This document shows positions 1-9,116 of a DNA stretch of 64,000 bases, piece by piece. The position numbers and the translations under genes were made by a program. Source of the DNA: Candidatus Spongiisociaceae bacterium (GTDB lineage: Bacteria; Actinomycetota; Acidimicrobiia; Spongiisociales; Spongiisociaceae); assembly GCA_965202665.1 (NCBI GenBank), contig OZ241841.1, positions 2,144,001 through 2,208,000 of the forward strand, given 5' to 3'. The notes under the pieces are model-generated. The model was given only the letters and a program-made list of their open reading frames with translations, was not told where the DNA came from and ran no database searches. Numbering within the stretch: position 1 is the first letter of the stretch; each line of letters starts with the position of its first letter.

Positions 1-2
1 AA

Positions 3-224
3 GGAAGAGAGGTATTTATTTCTGATATAGAGGAATTCGTATTAACGGATACTCCTTATACTATAAAGCATGTCCGACAACATTTGAAAGAGATGGAAGA
101 TGAAGGAATAATATCAGTGCCCGGTAGATCTGCACATTTATCGGTACAGGCGACTTTGGAAGGAATGGAAGATCAAAAAAGGAAAACATATCCGCCTGGT
201 ACCAAAATTGATTTCTCTGAATAG
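3..224 (+). CDS. 3' end (partial) of a probable three-Cys-motif partner protein (TcmP-like)
   Basis: My translation from nt 3 gives GREVFISDIEEFVLTDTPYTIKHVRQHLKEMEDEGII...RKTYPPGTKIDFSE, stop TAG at 222-224. This resembles TcmP C-termini, and the neighbour is a DUF5131 gene, the usual partner. AT-rich. Confidence 0.55.
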   Translation, partial: GREVFISDIEEFVLTDTPYTIKHVRQHLKEMEDEGIISVPGRSAHLSVQATLEGMEDQKRKTYPPGTKIDFSE

Positions 225-234
225 GTGATGATAT

Positions 235-942
235 TTAATAGTTTGGAAAACCATTCCAAGTAATGCCATCTAGGGTTCGGCCACCTGCTTTGGGGGTGTT
301 ACCGCCCCATTGTTTGAAGAAAAATGGGATTTCTGCTTTTTGAGAAAGGTCTCGGAGATTACGTACCCAATCAATCTCTATGGGCCGGTGGCCTGGGCCG
401 GACTCGCCACCTGCTATTACCCATTGGATATTGTTTAGGTCGAGAGAGGGGAGGGGCCCTAGCAGAGGTTCGCAGGAAAGAAACCTTATACAGGCGTTTA
501 TCATACGTAAGTAGTTCGCTCGAAAGGTGTATTGATCGTTTTCTATACTTGTTCCCATCCATATATGCGGAGGTAGTTGCGTGCCATTTAGATGTTTTGC
601 CGCTCTTTGAGGACGCTTGGTTAAAACCTGAAAAGTGTGCTGTGATGCCCTTGCCATCGTATCAAATACTCCGTCAATGAAGTCGTCCGGCACCTCGGGA
701 TGGAAAAGATCGCTCATAGAGTTTACGAATACAAGTCGAGGGCGCATCCAGCGGAGCGGTTCCCCGATTTTGTCCCAGTGGAGCGTGACGCGGAAGCCGT
801 TGATATAGCGTTTGTTGCCCATTGCCTGCAGACGGGCGGCCAGCCTCTCCGCGTAGCAGTTATCGCACCCAGGCGAGACGGAGTCGCACCCGGTTACGGG
901 GTTCCAAGTTTCCTCGGTCCATTCGATATTTGACTTGCCCAT
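235..942 (-). CDS. DUF5131 / phage Gp37-Gp68 family three-Cys protein
   Basis: SNIEWTEETWNPVTGCDSVSPGCDNCYAE, VFVNSMSDLFH, FQVLTKRP, FLSCEPLLG, WVIAGGESG, FFFKQWGG. Start taken at the second Met (942), which has an upstream purine-rich RBS. Confidence 0.92.
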   Translation of the reverse strand: MGKSNIEWTEETWNPVTGCDSVSPGCDNCYAERLAARLQAMGNKRYINGFRVTLHWDKIGEPLRWMRPRLVFVNSMSDLFHPEVPDDFIDGVFDTMARASQHTFQVLTKRPQRAAKHLNGTQLPPHIWMGTSIENDQYTFRANYLRMINACIRFLSCEPLLGPLPSLDLNNIQWVIAGGESGPGHRPIEIDWVRNLRDLSQKAEIPFFFKQWGGNTPKAGGRTLDGITWNGFPNY

Positions 943-974
943 AGGTTTCCCTTCTTTCGGCTTTCTCAGCAAGC

Positions 975-2111
975 CTACTCAGCCGGGTGTGACAAAACGG
1001 GGATGCCGAGATGTTTGACGGCGACGGTGTCCGGGGTGGTTCCTAGGCCGGGGGTTTGGGGTAGATTCATTTGGCCCTTCTTTATTGTTGGGAAGGGGCG
1101 GGCTAGGGCTTCTCGCAGGGGGTTGGGGTTGGCGTCTATTTCCAGCAGGCCGTCGCCGCCTGTTGCGGCTAGCAGGTGGGCGGAGGCCAGCAACCCTATT
1201 CCGCCGCCCAGGTAGTGGGGGTAGAACCGTTTGCCTGCGGCCAAAATGCGGCGGGCCAGCGGCAGGCCCCCTGAAAAGCCGCCCCATTTGGTTATGTCCG
1301 GCTGGATGATATCCAGCGCGCCGGTTTCCAAAGCGGCCGCAAACTCCGCTTCGCCCCGCAGGTTCTCGCCTCCCGCCAAAGGGAGGGGCGACTCCTCCGC
1401 CAGCCGCCGCCAGTCCTCCGGGGGGCTGTCGGCCGGGATGGGCTCCTCCAGCCAGGCGACGCCGAACCCGTCCAACCGGTTGCTCATCCGGGCCGCCTCC
1501 TCCGCCGGCCACGCCCCGTTGGCGTCCGCCGCTATCACCGCCTCCGGCCCCAAACCTTCCCGCAACTGCCGCAGATTGGCCTCATCAACCTCCCAGCCGA
1601 AACCCACCTTCAACTTGAACGCCCCGAACCCCCCGGCCCGCCGCGCCTCCTCCGCCAAAGCCAGCGGCTCCTCCGGCCCCAGGCCGCTGGCGTAGCCTTC
1701 CACCGACCCCTCGCCCGCGCCGCCCAGGAACTTCCACAACGGTACCCCCGCCCGGCGCGCCGCCGCGTCCCACAGCGCGATGTCCACTCCGGCGATGGCC
1801 TGCGCCAGCGGCCCGGGCTCCCCCGACTGCACCGCCAACAGCCGGGCCCGCTCCGTCAAATGCGCAAACGCCTCCCGCGGCCCGGCCCATTCCCGCCCGG
1901 CCGTCAAAGGCCCCAGGAAAGATTCGATCAACCGGGCCCGGTGCTCGGCCCCCACCGCCGGAAAGTTGCACCACGCCTCCCCGAACCCCCGCACTCCGTC
2001 CTCATCCTCCACGCACACCGCCACCGCCGGCCGGTCGGTCATCGTTCCGAACGAGGTGCGCACCGGCCGCGCAATCGGCGCCCGGAACACCTGCGCCGTC
2101 ACTTTGCGCAC
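975..2111 (-). CDS. mandelate racemase/muconate lactonizing enzyme family protein (enolase superfamily)
   Basis: GFGEAW, AIAGVDIALWD, FKLKVG, DAN, WLEEP, GGEN, QPDITKWGG, PHYLGGG. Start uncertain (GTG 2111 or ATG 2150). Confidence 0.88.
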   Translation of the reverse strand: MRKVTAQVFRAPIARPVRTSFGTMTDRPAVAVCVEDEDGVRGFGEAWCNFPAVGAEHRARLIESFLGPLTAGREWAGPREAFAHLTERARLLAVQSGEPGPLAQAIAGVDIALWDAAARRAGVPLWKFLGGAGEGSVEGYASGLGPEEPLALAEEARRAGGFGAFKLKVGFGWEVDEANLRQLREGLGPEAVIAADANGAWPAEEAARMSNRLDGFGVAWLEEPIPADSPPEDWRRLAEESPLPLAGGENLRGEAEFAAALETGALDIIQPDITKWGGFSGGLPLARRILAAGKRFYPHYLGGGIGLLASAHLLAATGGDGLLEIDANPNPLREALARPFPTIKKGQMNLPQTPGLGTTPDTVAVKHLGIPVLSHPAE

Positions 2112-2148
2112 CGCCAGGCCCCCGCCGCCGGGGGTAAAGTTCCCCTCC

Positions 2149-4398
2149 ATGGAAACCCAACATACCAACCTCCCGCCCTCCCAGGGCGAACCGGAATTCC
2201 CGGGGGTGATCGGCCCCGACTTCCGCACCTCCACCCCCTGGTGGCCGCAACCTGAAAACGACGCCCGCGGCAAACCGGACATTCTGCTGGTGGTGTTGGA
2301 CGATGTGGGCTTCGCCGGACTGGGCTGCTACGGGGCGGAAATCGACACCCCGGTCATAGACGGCCTGGCCGAACAGGGCCTGCGCTTCAACGATTTCAAC
2401 GTCACCCCGCTCTGCTCGCCCACCCGGGCCTGCCTGCTCACCGGACGCAACCATCACAGCGTGGGAATGGCCTACCTGTCCAACGTGGACTCCGGCTTCC
2501 CCGGCTACCGGGGGCGGGTAACCGAATCGGCCGCCACCCTGGCCGAAGTGCTGCAGCACGCCGGATACGCCACTTTGGCCATCGGCAAATGGCATCTGGC
2601 CCCGCTGGAGGAAACCACCGCCGCCGGCCCCTACGATCAGTGGCCGCTGGGCCGGGGCTTCGGGCGCTACTACGGGTTCTTGGACGCCCTCACCGACCAT
2701 TTTTACCCGGACGTGGTGGAAGACAATCACCGAGTGGACCCGCCGGGCCGCCCCGAAGAAGGCTACCACCTCACCGAAGACCTCATCGACCGCGCCATCT
2801 CCTACATCCGGGATCAGGTTTCGGTCAAACCGGAGCAGCCCATCTTCACCTACATCGCCTTCGGGACCGCCCACTGCCCCCACCAGGCCCCCCAAAAATA
2901 CTTGGACAAATACCGGGGACGCTACCGGGAAGGGTGGGACGTGATTCGCCGCCGCCGCTTCGAACGTCAGAAGCAGATGGGGATCATCCCCCCCGACGCC
3001 CGCTTGGCCCCCCTCAACCCGGGCGTTCAAGAATGGGCGGACCTGACCGCCGACCAGCAACGGCTGTTCGCCCGTTTCCAGGAGGCCTACGCGGCCATGC
3101 TGGACCACACCGACGCCCAAATGGGGCGGCTGGTCGATTTCCTCCGCTCCATCGGGCGGATGGACGACACCATCGCGGTGGTGCTGTCCGACAACGGGGC
3201 CAGCCAGGAAGGGGGTCCGGACGGGGGAGCGGACATCGTCACCTACGAGGAGGACCGGTTCTGCAGCGTGGAATTCAACTTGGAGCGGTTCGACTCCATC
3301 GGCGGCCCCCATTCGCAGACCAACATTCCCTGGGGATGGGCGCAGGCGGCCAACACCCCTTTGCGCTGGTACAAGCAGAACACGTACGCCGGGGGGGTGC
3401 GCACCCCCCTGGTCATCGCCTGGCCGCGGGGGATAACCGACCCGGGGGCGGTCCGTTCCCGGTTCGTGCACGCCATCGACATCGCCCCCACCCTGCTGGA
3501 TCTGGCCGGGGTGGAACCGCAGCCCTCCTACAACGGGGTGGAGCAGATGCCCTACCACGGGGACACCATCCGCCCCGTTTTGGAAAACCCGGACGCCCCC
3601 CCGTCCCGGGAAAGCCAGTATTTTGAGATGATCGGCCATCGGGCCATCTGGCGCAACGGATGGAAAGCCCTCACCCGCCACCGCCGCAATGAGCCGTTCG
3701 CCGACGACCCGTGGGAGCTGTACCACATCGACTCCGACTTCTCCGAATGCGAAGACCTGGCCGGCCGCCACCCCGGCCGCCTGCGGGAAATGGCCGAATT
3801 GTGGGAGGAGGAGGCGGCCAAATATTCGGTGTTGCCGCTGGACGACCGCTACCTGGCGGTGCGGGCCTCCTCTTTCCAAACCCCCGGTTCGCCCCGGGCC
3901 CGCGACTCTTTCACCTACCTGGGCGGGTCGTCCCGCGTCCCCGGCGGGGTAACCCCCCTGATTTTCAACCGTTCCTTCTCCATCACCGCCCGCATCGCCC
4001 CCGCCCGCCCCGCCGAAGAGGGGGTTTTGACGGCGACCGGGGATGTGAGCGGCGGCTACGCCCTGTACGTCAAAGATGCCCGGCTCACATTTGAATACCA
4101 CTATTTGGGGCGCCGCCAAATCCTCGCCTCCCCGGTCCCGGTTCCCCCCGGAACCCGCCGTTTGGCTTTCCGGTTCGAGCGCGACGGCGACTTCCAAGGA
4201 AAAGGCTTTTTGGAAGCCGACGACCGGGTTTTGGCCGAGGGGGACATGGACGACATGGCCCGGGGGATGATCTCGTGGGGGTCGTTGAGCGTGGGCGCCG
4301 ACACCCTGTCCCCGGCCGGTTCCGGCTATGCGGGGGAGTTCCCGTTCACCGGCCAAGTGGAGCGGGTGGACTTCCAACTGCAGCCGCCCCCCGCCTGA
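2149..4398 (+). CDS. arylsulfatase (Cys-type, formylglycine-dependent)
   Basis: PDILLVVLDDVG, LCSPTRACLLTGR (CxPxR), GKWHL, SDNGAS. Start at ATG 2149 inside the listed 872-aa ORF. Confidence 0.93.
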   Translation: METQHTNLPPSQGEPEFPGVIGPDFRTSTPWWPQPENDARGKPDILLVVLDDVGFAGLGCYGAEIDTPVIDGLAEQGLRFNDFNVTPLCSPTRACLLTGRNHHSVGMAYLSNVDSGFPGYRGRVTESAATLAEVLQHAGYATLAIGKWHLAPLEETTAAGPYDQWPLGRGFGRYYGFLDALTDHFYPDVVEDNHRVDPPGRPEEGYHLTEDLIDRAISYIRDQVSVKPEQPIFTYIAFGTAHCPHQAPQKYLDKYRGRYREGWDVIRRRRFERQKQMGIIPPDARLAPLNPGVQEWADLTADQQRLFARFQEAYAAMLDHTDAQMGRLVDFLRSIGRMDDTIAVVLSDNGASQEGGPDGGADIVTYEEDRFCSVEFNLERFDSIGGPHSQTNIPWGWAQAANTPLRWYKQNTYAGGVRTPLVIAWPRGITDPGAVRSRFVHAIDIAPTLLDLAGVEPQPSYNGVEQMPYHGDTIRPVLENPDAPPSRESQYFEMIGHRAIWRNGWKALTRHRRNEPFADDPWELYHIDSDFSECEDLAGRHPGRLREMAELWEEEAAKYSVLPLDDRYLAVRASSFQTPGSPRARDSFTYLGGSSRVPGGVTPLIFNRSFSITARIAPARPAEEGVLTATGDVSGGYALYVKDARLTFEYHYLGRRQILASPVPVPPGTRRLAFRFERDGDFQGKGFLEADDRVLAEGDMDDMARGMISWGSLSVGADTLSPAGSGYAGEFPFTGQVERVDFQLQPPPA

Positions 4399-4529
4399 CC
4401 CCGTTCAAACGAAATTCCCCGACGGGGGCCGCTCCGCAGCGTTTGCCCCGCGACCCGCGCCCCCGCGTCTCCTCGGAAACATTTTTTCCGGTTTGGGCGG
4501 CGCCCGGTCCGCAACCCGGCTAACTTCGG

Positions 4530-4557
4530 TTGCGCAAAAGCTCATGAGCATGTGCAA
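4530..4557 (+). promoter_or_regulatory. candidate operator (imperfect dyad) at the start of the SorC-family regulator
   Basis: TTGCGCAAAAGCTCATGAGCATGTGCAA: perfect GCTCATGAGC palindrome with TTGC...GCAA outer arms, in an AT-richer intergenic patch. Confidence 0.4.
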
Positions 4558-5541
4558 ATGATACGTTCGCCCGCGGTCCGGGAACGGGAGATAGACCTCC
4601 CGTTGCCCCGCCATCGCCTATGCGCCCGCATCGCCCGTCTCTACTACGAGTCGGAGATGACGCAGGAGCAAATCGGGGAGGCGTTGGGCATTTCCCGCAT
4701 GAAAGTGAACCGCATGCTCAGCCTGGCCCGCCGCACCGGGGTGGTGCGTTTCCAGGTTACCGGGCCGGAAGAACCCTTCGCCGCCCTGCAACACGACCTG
4801 CTTACCTCCCGCCGTCTGCGGGATGTGCGGGTTACGGCCACCCCGCCTTCCCGTTCCGCCTTGCGCGCCTCGTTGGCCGCCGGCGCGGCCGACTGGCTCG
4901 CGGAGCAACTGCGCCCCGGCCTGGTGGCGGGGGTGGGCCTGGGACGGACCGTGTCCCTCATCCCCGGGACTTTCCGCACCGACCGCCCCATCCCATGCAC
5001 TTTCATCACCGTGGAAGGGGTGGGTGCCTCCCCCAAGGCCGGGTTCGCGGCCTACAACGTGACCAGCCGGTTGGCGGACGCGGCGGGGGCCGCTTCGGAG
5101 ATCATCACCGCCCCCACTTTCGTCAGCGAACCGGCCACCCGCGACGTCCTGTTGGCCGAACCGGCGGTGCGGGCCTCCCTGGAACGGGCCCGCCGCGCCG
5201 ACCTGGTCATCCAAAGCGTGGGCACGGTGGACCAAGACGCCCTGCTTTACCGGCACGGCGCCCTGGACGACCGGGACCTGCGGCGGCTGCAGGAGGCGGG
5301 GGCGGTGGGCGACGCCCTCGGCCATTTCTTCGACCAGGAGGGCCGCCACGTTCCCTGGCCCACCGACGACATTCACATCGGCCTCACTTTGGAGGACCTG
5401 CGCCGCCTGCCGACCAGCGCCCTGGTGGCGGGGGGGCGGGACAAGGCCCGCGTCATCCGGGCGGCCCTGCGGGGCGGATATTTCAACGCGCTGATCACCG
5501 ACGCCGACACCGCCCGCCTGTTGCTGGAGACGGGCCCGTGA
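4552..5541 (+). CDS. SorC/DeoR(LsrR)-family sugar-binding transcriptional regulator
   Basis: N-terminal HTH RIARLYYESEMTQEQIGEALGISRMKVNRML; C-terminal sugar-binding domain (GVGLGRT, GAVGD, LITD). Start may be later (TTG ~4603). Confidence 0.9.
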   Translation: MQMIRSPAVREREIDLPLPRHRLCARIARLYYESEMTQEQIGEALGISRMKVNRMLSLARRTGVVRFQVTGPEEPFAALQHDLLTSRRLRDVRVTATPPSRSALRASLAAGAADWLAEQLRPGLVAGVGLGRTVSLIPGTFRTDRPIPCTFITVEGVGASPKAGFAAYNVTSRLADAAGAASEIITAPTFVSEPATRDVLLAEPAVRASLERARRADLVIQSVGTVDQDALLYRHGALDDRDLRRLQEAGAVGDALGHFFDQEGRHVPWPTDDIHIGLTLEDLRRLPTSALVAGGRDKARVIRAALRGGYFNALITDADTARLLLETGP

Positions 5542-6737
5542 GCGGGGAGGCGCTGGTGGTCGGCGTGGGGATGACCCCTTTCCGGGGCTTCCGGGAGGAC
5601 GCCAGTCTGCGGGACATGGCGGCCGAGGCGGCGCGGGCCGCCCTGCGGGACGCCGGAACGGGGCCGGAGCACATCGACTTGGCGGTCATAGCCTGCGAAA
5701 GCGACCATTTCAACCGCCAGTTGAGCCCCGGCCAGATCCTGTTGGAAACGGCCGGGCTGGTGGGCAAAGCGGCGTTGCGGGTGGAGGGGGGTGGGGCCAC
5801 CGGGGCTTTGGCGGTGCAGGCCGCGGCGGGGGCGGTGGCCGCCGGGCGGGCCCGTTCCGCTTTGGCGCTGGGGGCGGAAACCAACGGACGGGGGGTGGAC
5901 CGCCCCACCGCGGTGGAGATTCTGGCCATGTCCGCCGACCTGGAATGGGAGACCCCGGTGTTCGGAACTTTCGCCGCCCCTTACGCCCTGATGATCAAAG
6001 AACACATGCGCCGTTACGGAACCACCCCCGACCAGTTCGCCCGCATCGCGGTCAAAAACCGCCGCGCCGCCCTCCACAACCCTTTGGCCCACAAAGGAAT
6101 GTCCCTCACCGTGCCGGAGGTGCGCAACTCTCCGCCCCTGGCCGGCCCCTACCGCCTGTACGACGCCAGCCCGCTCAGCGACGGGGCGGCGGCGGCGGTG
6201 CTGGCCGACGAAGAGTGGGCCCGGTCGCACAGCGCCACTTTCGGCCAGCGCCCGCCGGTGGCGGTGCGGGGGATGGGATGCGCCTCCGACCATCCCCGGC
6301 TGGCCGACCGCCCCGCGGAAATGTTCCCCCATTTTGCGGCCAAGCGCCGGGCGGCCCGCCGGGCTTTTCGGGAGGCGGGCATAGACGACCCGGCCCGCCA
6401 GATCGACGTGGCCGAAGTGTACGATTCGTTCAGCGGGGCGGAGTTGCAGGCCTACGAGGATCTGGGGTTGTGCGGGGAGGGGGAGGGGGGCCGGGCGGCC
6501 GGGGAGGGCCGGTTCGAACTGGGCGGCCCGCTTCCGGTCAACCCGTCCGGGGGTTTGCTGGGACGGGGGTCGGCGGTGGGGGCCACCGGCATCGCCCAGG
6601 CGGTGGAAGTGGTTTCCCAGTTGCGGGGGGAAGTGGAGGGGGAGCGGGCGGTGGCGGGGGCCCGAATCGGAGTGACCGACGCCCACGCCGGGGTGGGTTC
6701 CCTGTGCGCGGTCAACGTGTTCGGCAGGGCCGCCTGA
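5538..6737 (+). CDS. thiolase-fold (SCP-x/Ltp2-like) protein lacking the nucleophilic Cys
   Basis: GVGMTPF, IAVKN, SPLSDGAAA, EVYDSF, VNPSGGLL, GATG. GTG start overlaps the regulator stop (GTGA). VEGGGATG replaces the usual xxACASG. Confidence 0.88.
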   Translation: MSGEALVVGVGMTPFRGFREDASLRDMAAEAARAALRDAGTGPEHIDLAVIACESDHFNRQLSPGQILLETAGLVGKAALRVEGGGATGALAVQAAAGAVAAGRARSALALGAETNGRGVDRPTAVEILAMSADLEWETPVFGTFAAPYALMIKEHMRRYGTTPDQFARIAVKNRRAALHNPLAHKGMSLTVPEVRNSPPLAGPYRLYDASPLSDGAAAAVLADEEWARSHSATFGQRPPVAVRGMGCASDHPRLADRPAEMFPHFAAKRRAARRAFREAGIDDPARQIDVAEVYDSFSGAELQAYEDLGLCGEGEGGRAAGEGRFELGGPLPVNPSGGLLGRGSAVGATGIAQAVEVVSQLRGEVEGERAVAGARIGVTDAHAGVGSLCAVNVFGRAA

Positions 6738-7264
6738 TGCGCGTTTTGTCTTTCACCCGGGACGCCAATTACCCGCCGGAGGGCCGGGAGGACGGCGCCC
6801 CCGCCTTCTTGGAATGGGAGGCCTCCCAGCGCTACCGGCACGCCCTGGGCAGCAACGGCCCCTTCTACCGGGGTTTGGCGGAGGGCAGGCTGCGGGCCAG
6901 CCGATGCCGGGAGTGCGGGACTTCTTGGTTCCCCCCTTCTCCTTTCTGCCGCAAAGACCTCCGCCCCGCCGAATGGCGCGACCTGCCCGGAACCGGGCGC
7001 ATCGTCTCGGCGGCGGTGGTGCACAGCCCCCCGCCGTTCGGGGGGATACGGGCCCCCTATGTGCTGGCCGCCATCCGCTTGGACGGGGCCGAGGGAGGAA
7101 TAACCCACCGGGTGGCCGGGGACGCCGCCCCCCGGCACGGGGCTCCGGTGCGGGCCCGGTTCGGGGCCCCGGAAGGGGAGGCCCACCCTTTGCTGGGATT
7201 GTTCTTCGAAGTCGAAGAAGCCGCAAACGGCCCGGAGCCCGCGGAGGGAGAGGGGAAAAAATGA
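6737..7264 (+). CDS. DUF35 Zn-ribbon/OB-fold protein (thiolase partner)
   Basis: FYRGLAEGRLRASRCRECGTSWFPPSPFC, GTGRIVS, PYVLAAIRLDG; TGATG coupling to the thiolase-fold gene. Confidence 0.88.
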   Translation: MRVLSFTRDANYPPEGREDGAPAFLEWEASQRYRHALGSNGPFYRGLAEGRLRASRCRECGTSWFPPSPFCRKDLRPAEWRDLPGTGRIVSAAVVHSPPPFGGIRAPYVLAAIRLDGAEGGITHRVAGDAAPRHGAPVRARFGAPEGEAHPLLGLFFEVEEAANGPEPAEGEGKK

Positions 7265-8103
7265 GCCGCCCGGTCGGGATAGAAATTTTTTACTGGCTGG
7301 ACAGCTGGTCGGACGAGCAGTCCTCGGTGTTTCACAAGGCGGCCGCCGCCGGATACGACGGGGTGGAGATTTCGCTGGTGGCCGGGCTGGAGATGGACAT
7401 TCCCCTCATCGCCCGCACCGCCGCCGAGCACGGCCTGACGGTGCTGTGCAGCACCGGCCTTTCCCCGGAGATGGACATTTCCAGCCCGGTGTCCGACGTG
7501 CGGCGGGCGGGAGTGGATCATTTGCGCCGGTGCTTGGAGCAGGCGGCCGAGTTGGGCAGCCCCATCCTGGGCGGGGTCACCTACGCCACTTGGATGGGTT
7601 TCCCGGAGCGGGACCACGACGGCTATCGGGAGCGGTCGGCGGAAACCCTGGCCGAAGTGGCCCCCTACGCCCGGCGGCTGGGAGTGGACATCTGCCTGGA
7701 GGTGCTCAACCGGTTCGAGACTTTTATGTTCAACACGGTATCCGACTGCCTCCGTTTCATAGACATGGTGGGCGAGGAGGGCGTGCTGGCGGAGCTGGAC
7801 ACTTTCCATATGAACATGGAAGAAGACGACTTGGCCGACGCGGTGCGCCGGGCGGCGGGGCGCATCGGGCATGTGCAGGTGGCGGCCAACAACCGGCGGG
7901 CCCCCCAGTACGGGCACATCGACTGGACGGCTTTCCGGGCGGCCTTGGACGAGGCGGGATACGGGGGGTGGGTGGTGTTTGAAACCTTCCCCAACTCGCG
8001 GGCCGAAACCGGCCGGGCCACCTACGCCTGGCGGGATCTGACCGACGACCCGGACGGCGACGCGGCGCAGGCGGCGGCTTTCATCCGGGAGCGCCTGGCA
8101 TGA
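7261..8103 (+). CDS. sugar phosphate isomerase/epimerase, ketose 3-epimerase-like (TIM barrel)
   Basis: GYDGVEI, LEVLNRFE, LDTFHMNMEE, GHVQ, NNRRAP, VFETF (D-tagatose/psicose 3-epimerase-type metal ligands). Confidence 0.85.
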   Translation: MSRPVGIEIFYWLDSWSDEQSSVFHKAAAAGYDGVEISLVAGLEMDIPLIARTAAEHGLTVLCSTGLSPEMDISSPVSDVRRAGVDHLRRCLEQAAELGSPILGGVTYATWMGFPERDHDGYRERSAETLAEVAPYARRLGVDICLEVLNRFETFMFNTVSDCLRFIDMVGEEGVLAELDTFHMNMEEDDLADAVRRAAGRIGHVQVAANNRRAPQYGHIDWTAFRAALDEAGYGGWVVFETFPNSRAETGRATYAWRDLTDDPDGDAAQAAAFIRERLA

Positions 8104-9116
8104 CCCCCCGCACCCGCTGGTTCCTCAACGACCCCGCCGAGGCGGTGGGGGAGATGCTGGAAGGCTACGCCGCCGTCCATAAGGACAAGATCCGGCTGGA
8201 GGGGGGAATGGTGGTGCGGGCCCGCCCCAAAGAGGAAGGCAAGGTGGGGGTGGTGATCGGCAACGGCTCCGGGCACGAACCGGCCATGATCGGCTGGGTG
8301 GGGGAGGGCCTGTTGGACGTGAACGTCCCCGGCCCCATTTTTTCCTCCCCCGGCCCGTCCGCCATCGCCCGGGGAATCCGGGCGGCAGACCGGGGGGCGG
8401 GGGTTTTGCTGTTGGCGTCCAGCCACGCCGGGGACATCATCAACGCCGAAATGGCCATGGCGGAAGCCGCCGAAGCCGGAGCGGAGGCGGAGATGGCCGT
8501 GCTCTACGACGATGTGGCCTCCGCCCCCCCGGAGCGGATGGAGGAGCGGCGGGGCGGGGCGGGCCTGTTTTTCGCCTGGAAGATGATCGGGGCGGCGGCC
8601 GAAGAGGGCCGCCCTTTGGCGGAATGCGTACGGGTGGCGGAGAAGGCGCGGGCCAATATCCGTTCCATCTCGGCCGCGATGGGCGCGGTGGCCCACCCGG
8701 TGAGCGGAACCCCCCTGGGCGGCCCGGACCGGGGCGGCCTGTCGGTGGGAATGGGGGTGCACGGGGAACCGGGGACGCGGGTGGGCGAAGAAGCCTCCGC
8801 CGACGAAATAGCCGAACTGCTGGCGGGCCGGCTGGCCGACGACCTGGGCCTGGCCGGGGGGGATGAGGTGGGGACGTTGCTGAACAACGCCGGGTCGCTG
8901 ACTTTGATGGAGTTGTCGGTGTTGCACCGCGGCGCGGCGGCCGCCCTGGCCCGGCGGGGGGCGGAGCCGGTGCGGTCCTGGATGGGCCCCTACGCCACCA
9001 CTTTGGACATGACCGGGTTCGCCCTGGCCCTGTGCCGAATGGACGAAGAGTTGCTGGCCTTGTACGACGCCCCGGCCGACGGAGCGGGTTTCACGATGCG
9101 GGGGGGCGGGAGATGA
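8100..9116 (+). CDS. dhaK: dihydroxyacetone kinase-family substrate-binding subunit (DAK1)
   Basis: GNGSGHEP, DDVAS, RRGGAG, GMGVHGEPG, TLDMTG. Confidence 0.88.
   Translation: MTPRTRWFLNDPAEAVGEMLEGYAAVHKDKIRLEGGMVVRARPKEEGKVGVVIGNGSGHEPAMIGWVGEGLLDVNVPGPIFSSPGPSAIARGIRAADRGAGVLLLASSHAGDIINAEMAMAEAAEAGAEAEMAVLYDDVASAPPERMEERRGGAGLFFAWKMIGAAAEEGRPLAECVRVAEKARANIRSISAAMGAVAHPVSGTPLGGPDRGGLSVGMGVHGEPGTRVGEEASADEIAELLAGRLADDLGLAGGDEVGTLLNNAGSLTLMELSVLHRGAAAALARRGAEPVRSWMGPYATTLDMTGFALALCRMDEELLALYDAPADGAGFTMRGGGR

Noticed and set aside
1780-2148. N-terminal extensions in the ORF track (sulfatase 872 aa, thiolase 705 aa, isomerase 687 aa, aminotransferase 659 aa and others) as domain fusions
   Set aside because: The extensions overlap neighbouring genes; the real starts coincide with stop/start couplings or RBSs.
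2002-4377. Long alternative-frame ORFs over metabolic genes (for example 791 aa here, 974 aa at 47787-50711)
   Set aside because: Stop-codon scarcity at high GC; they have no motifs and overlap well-supported genes.
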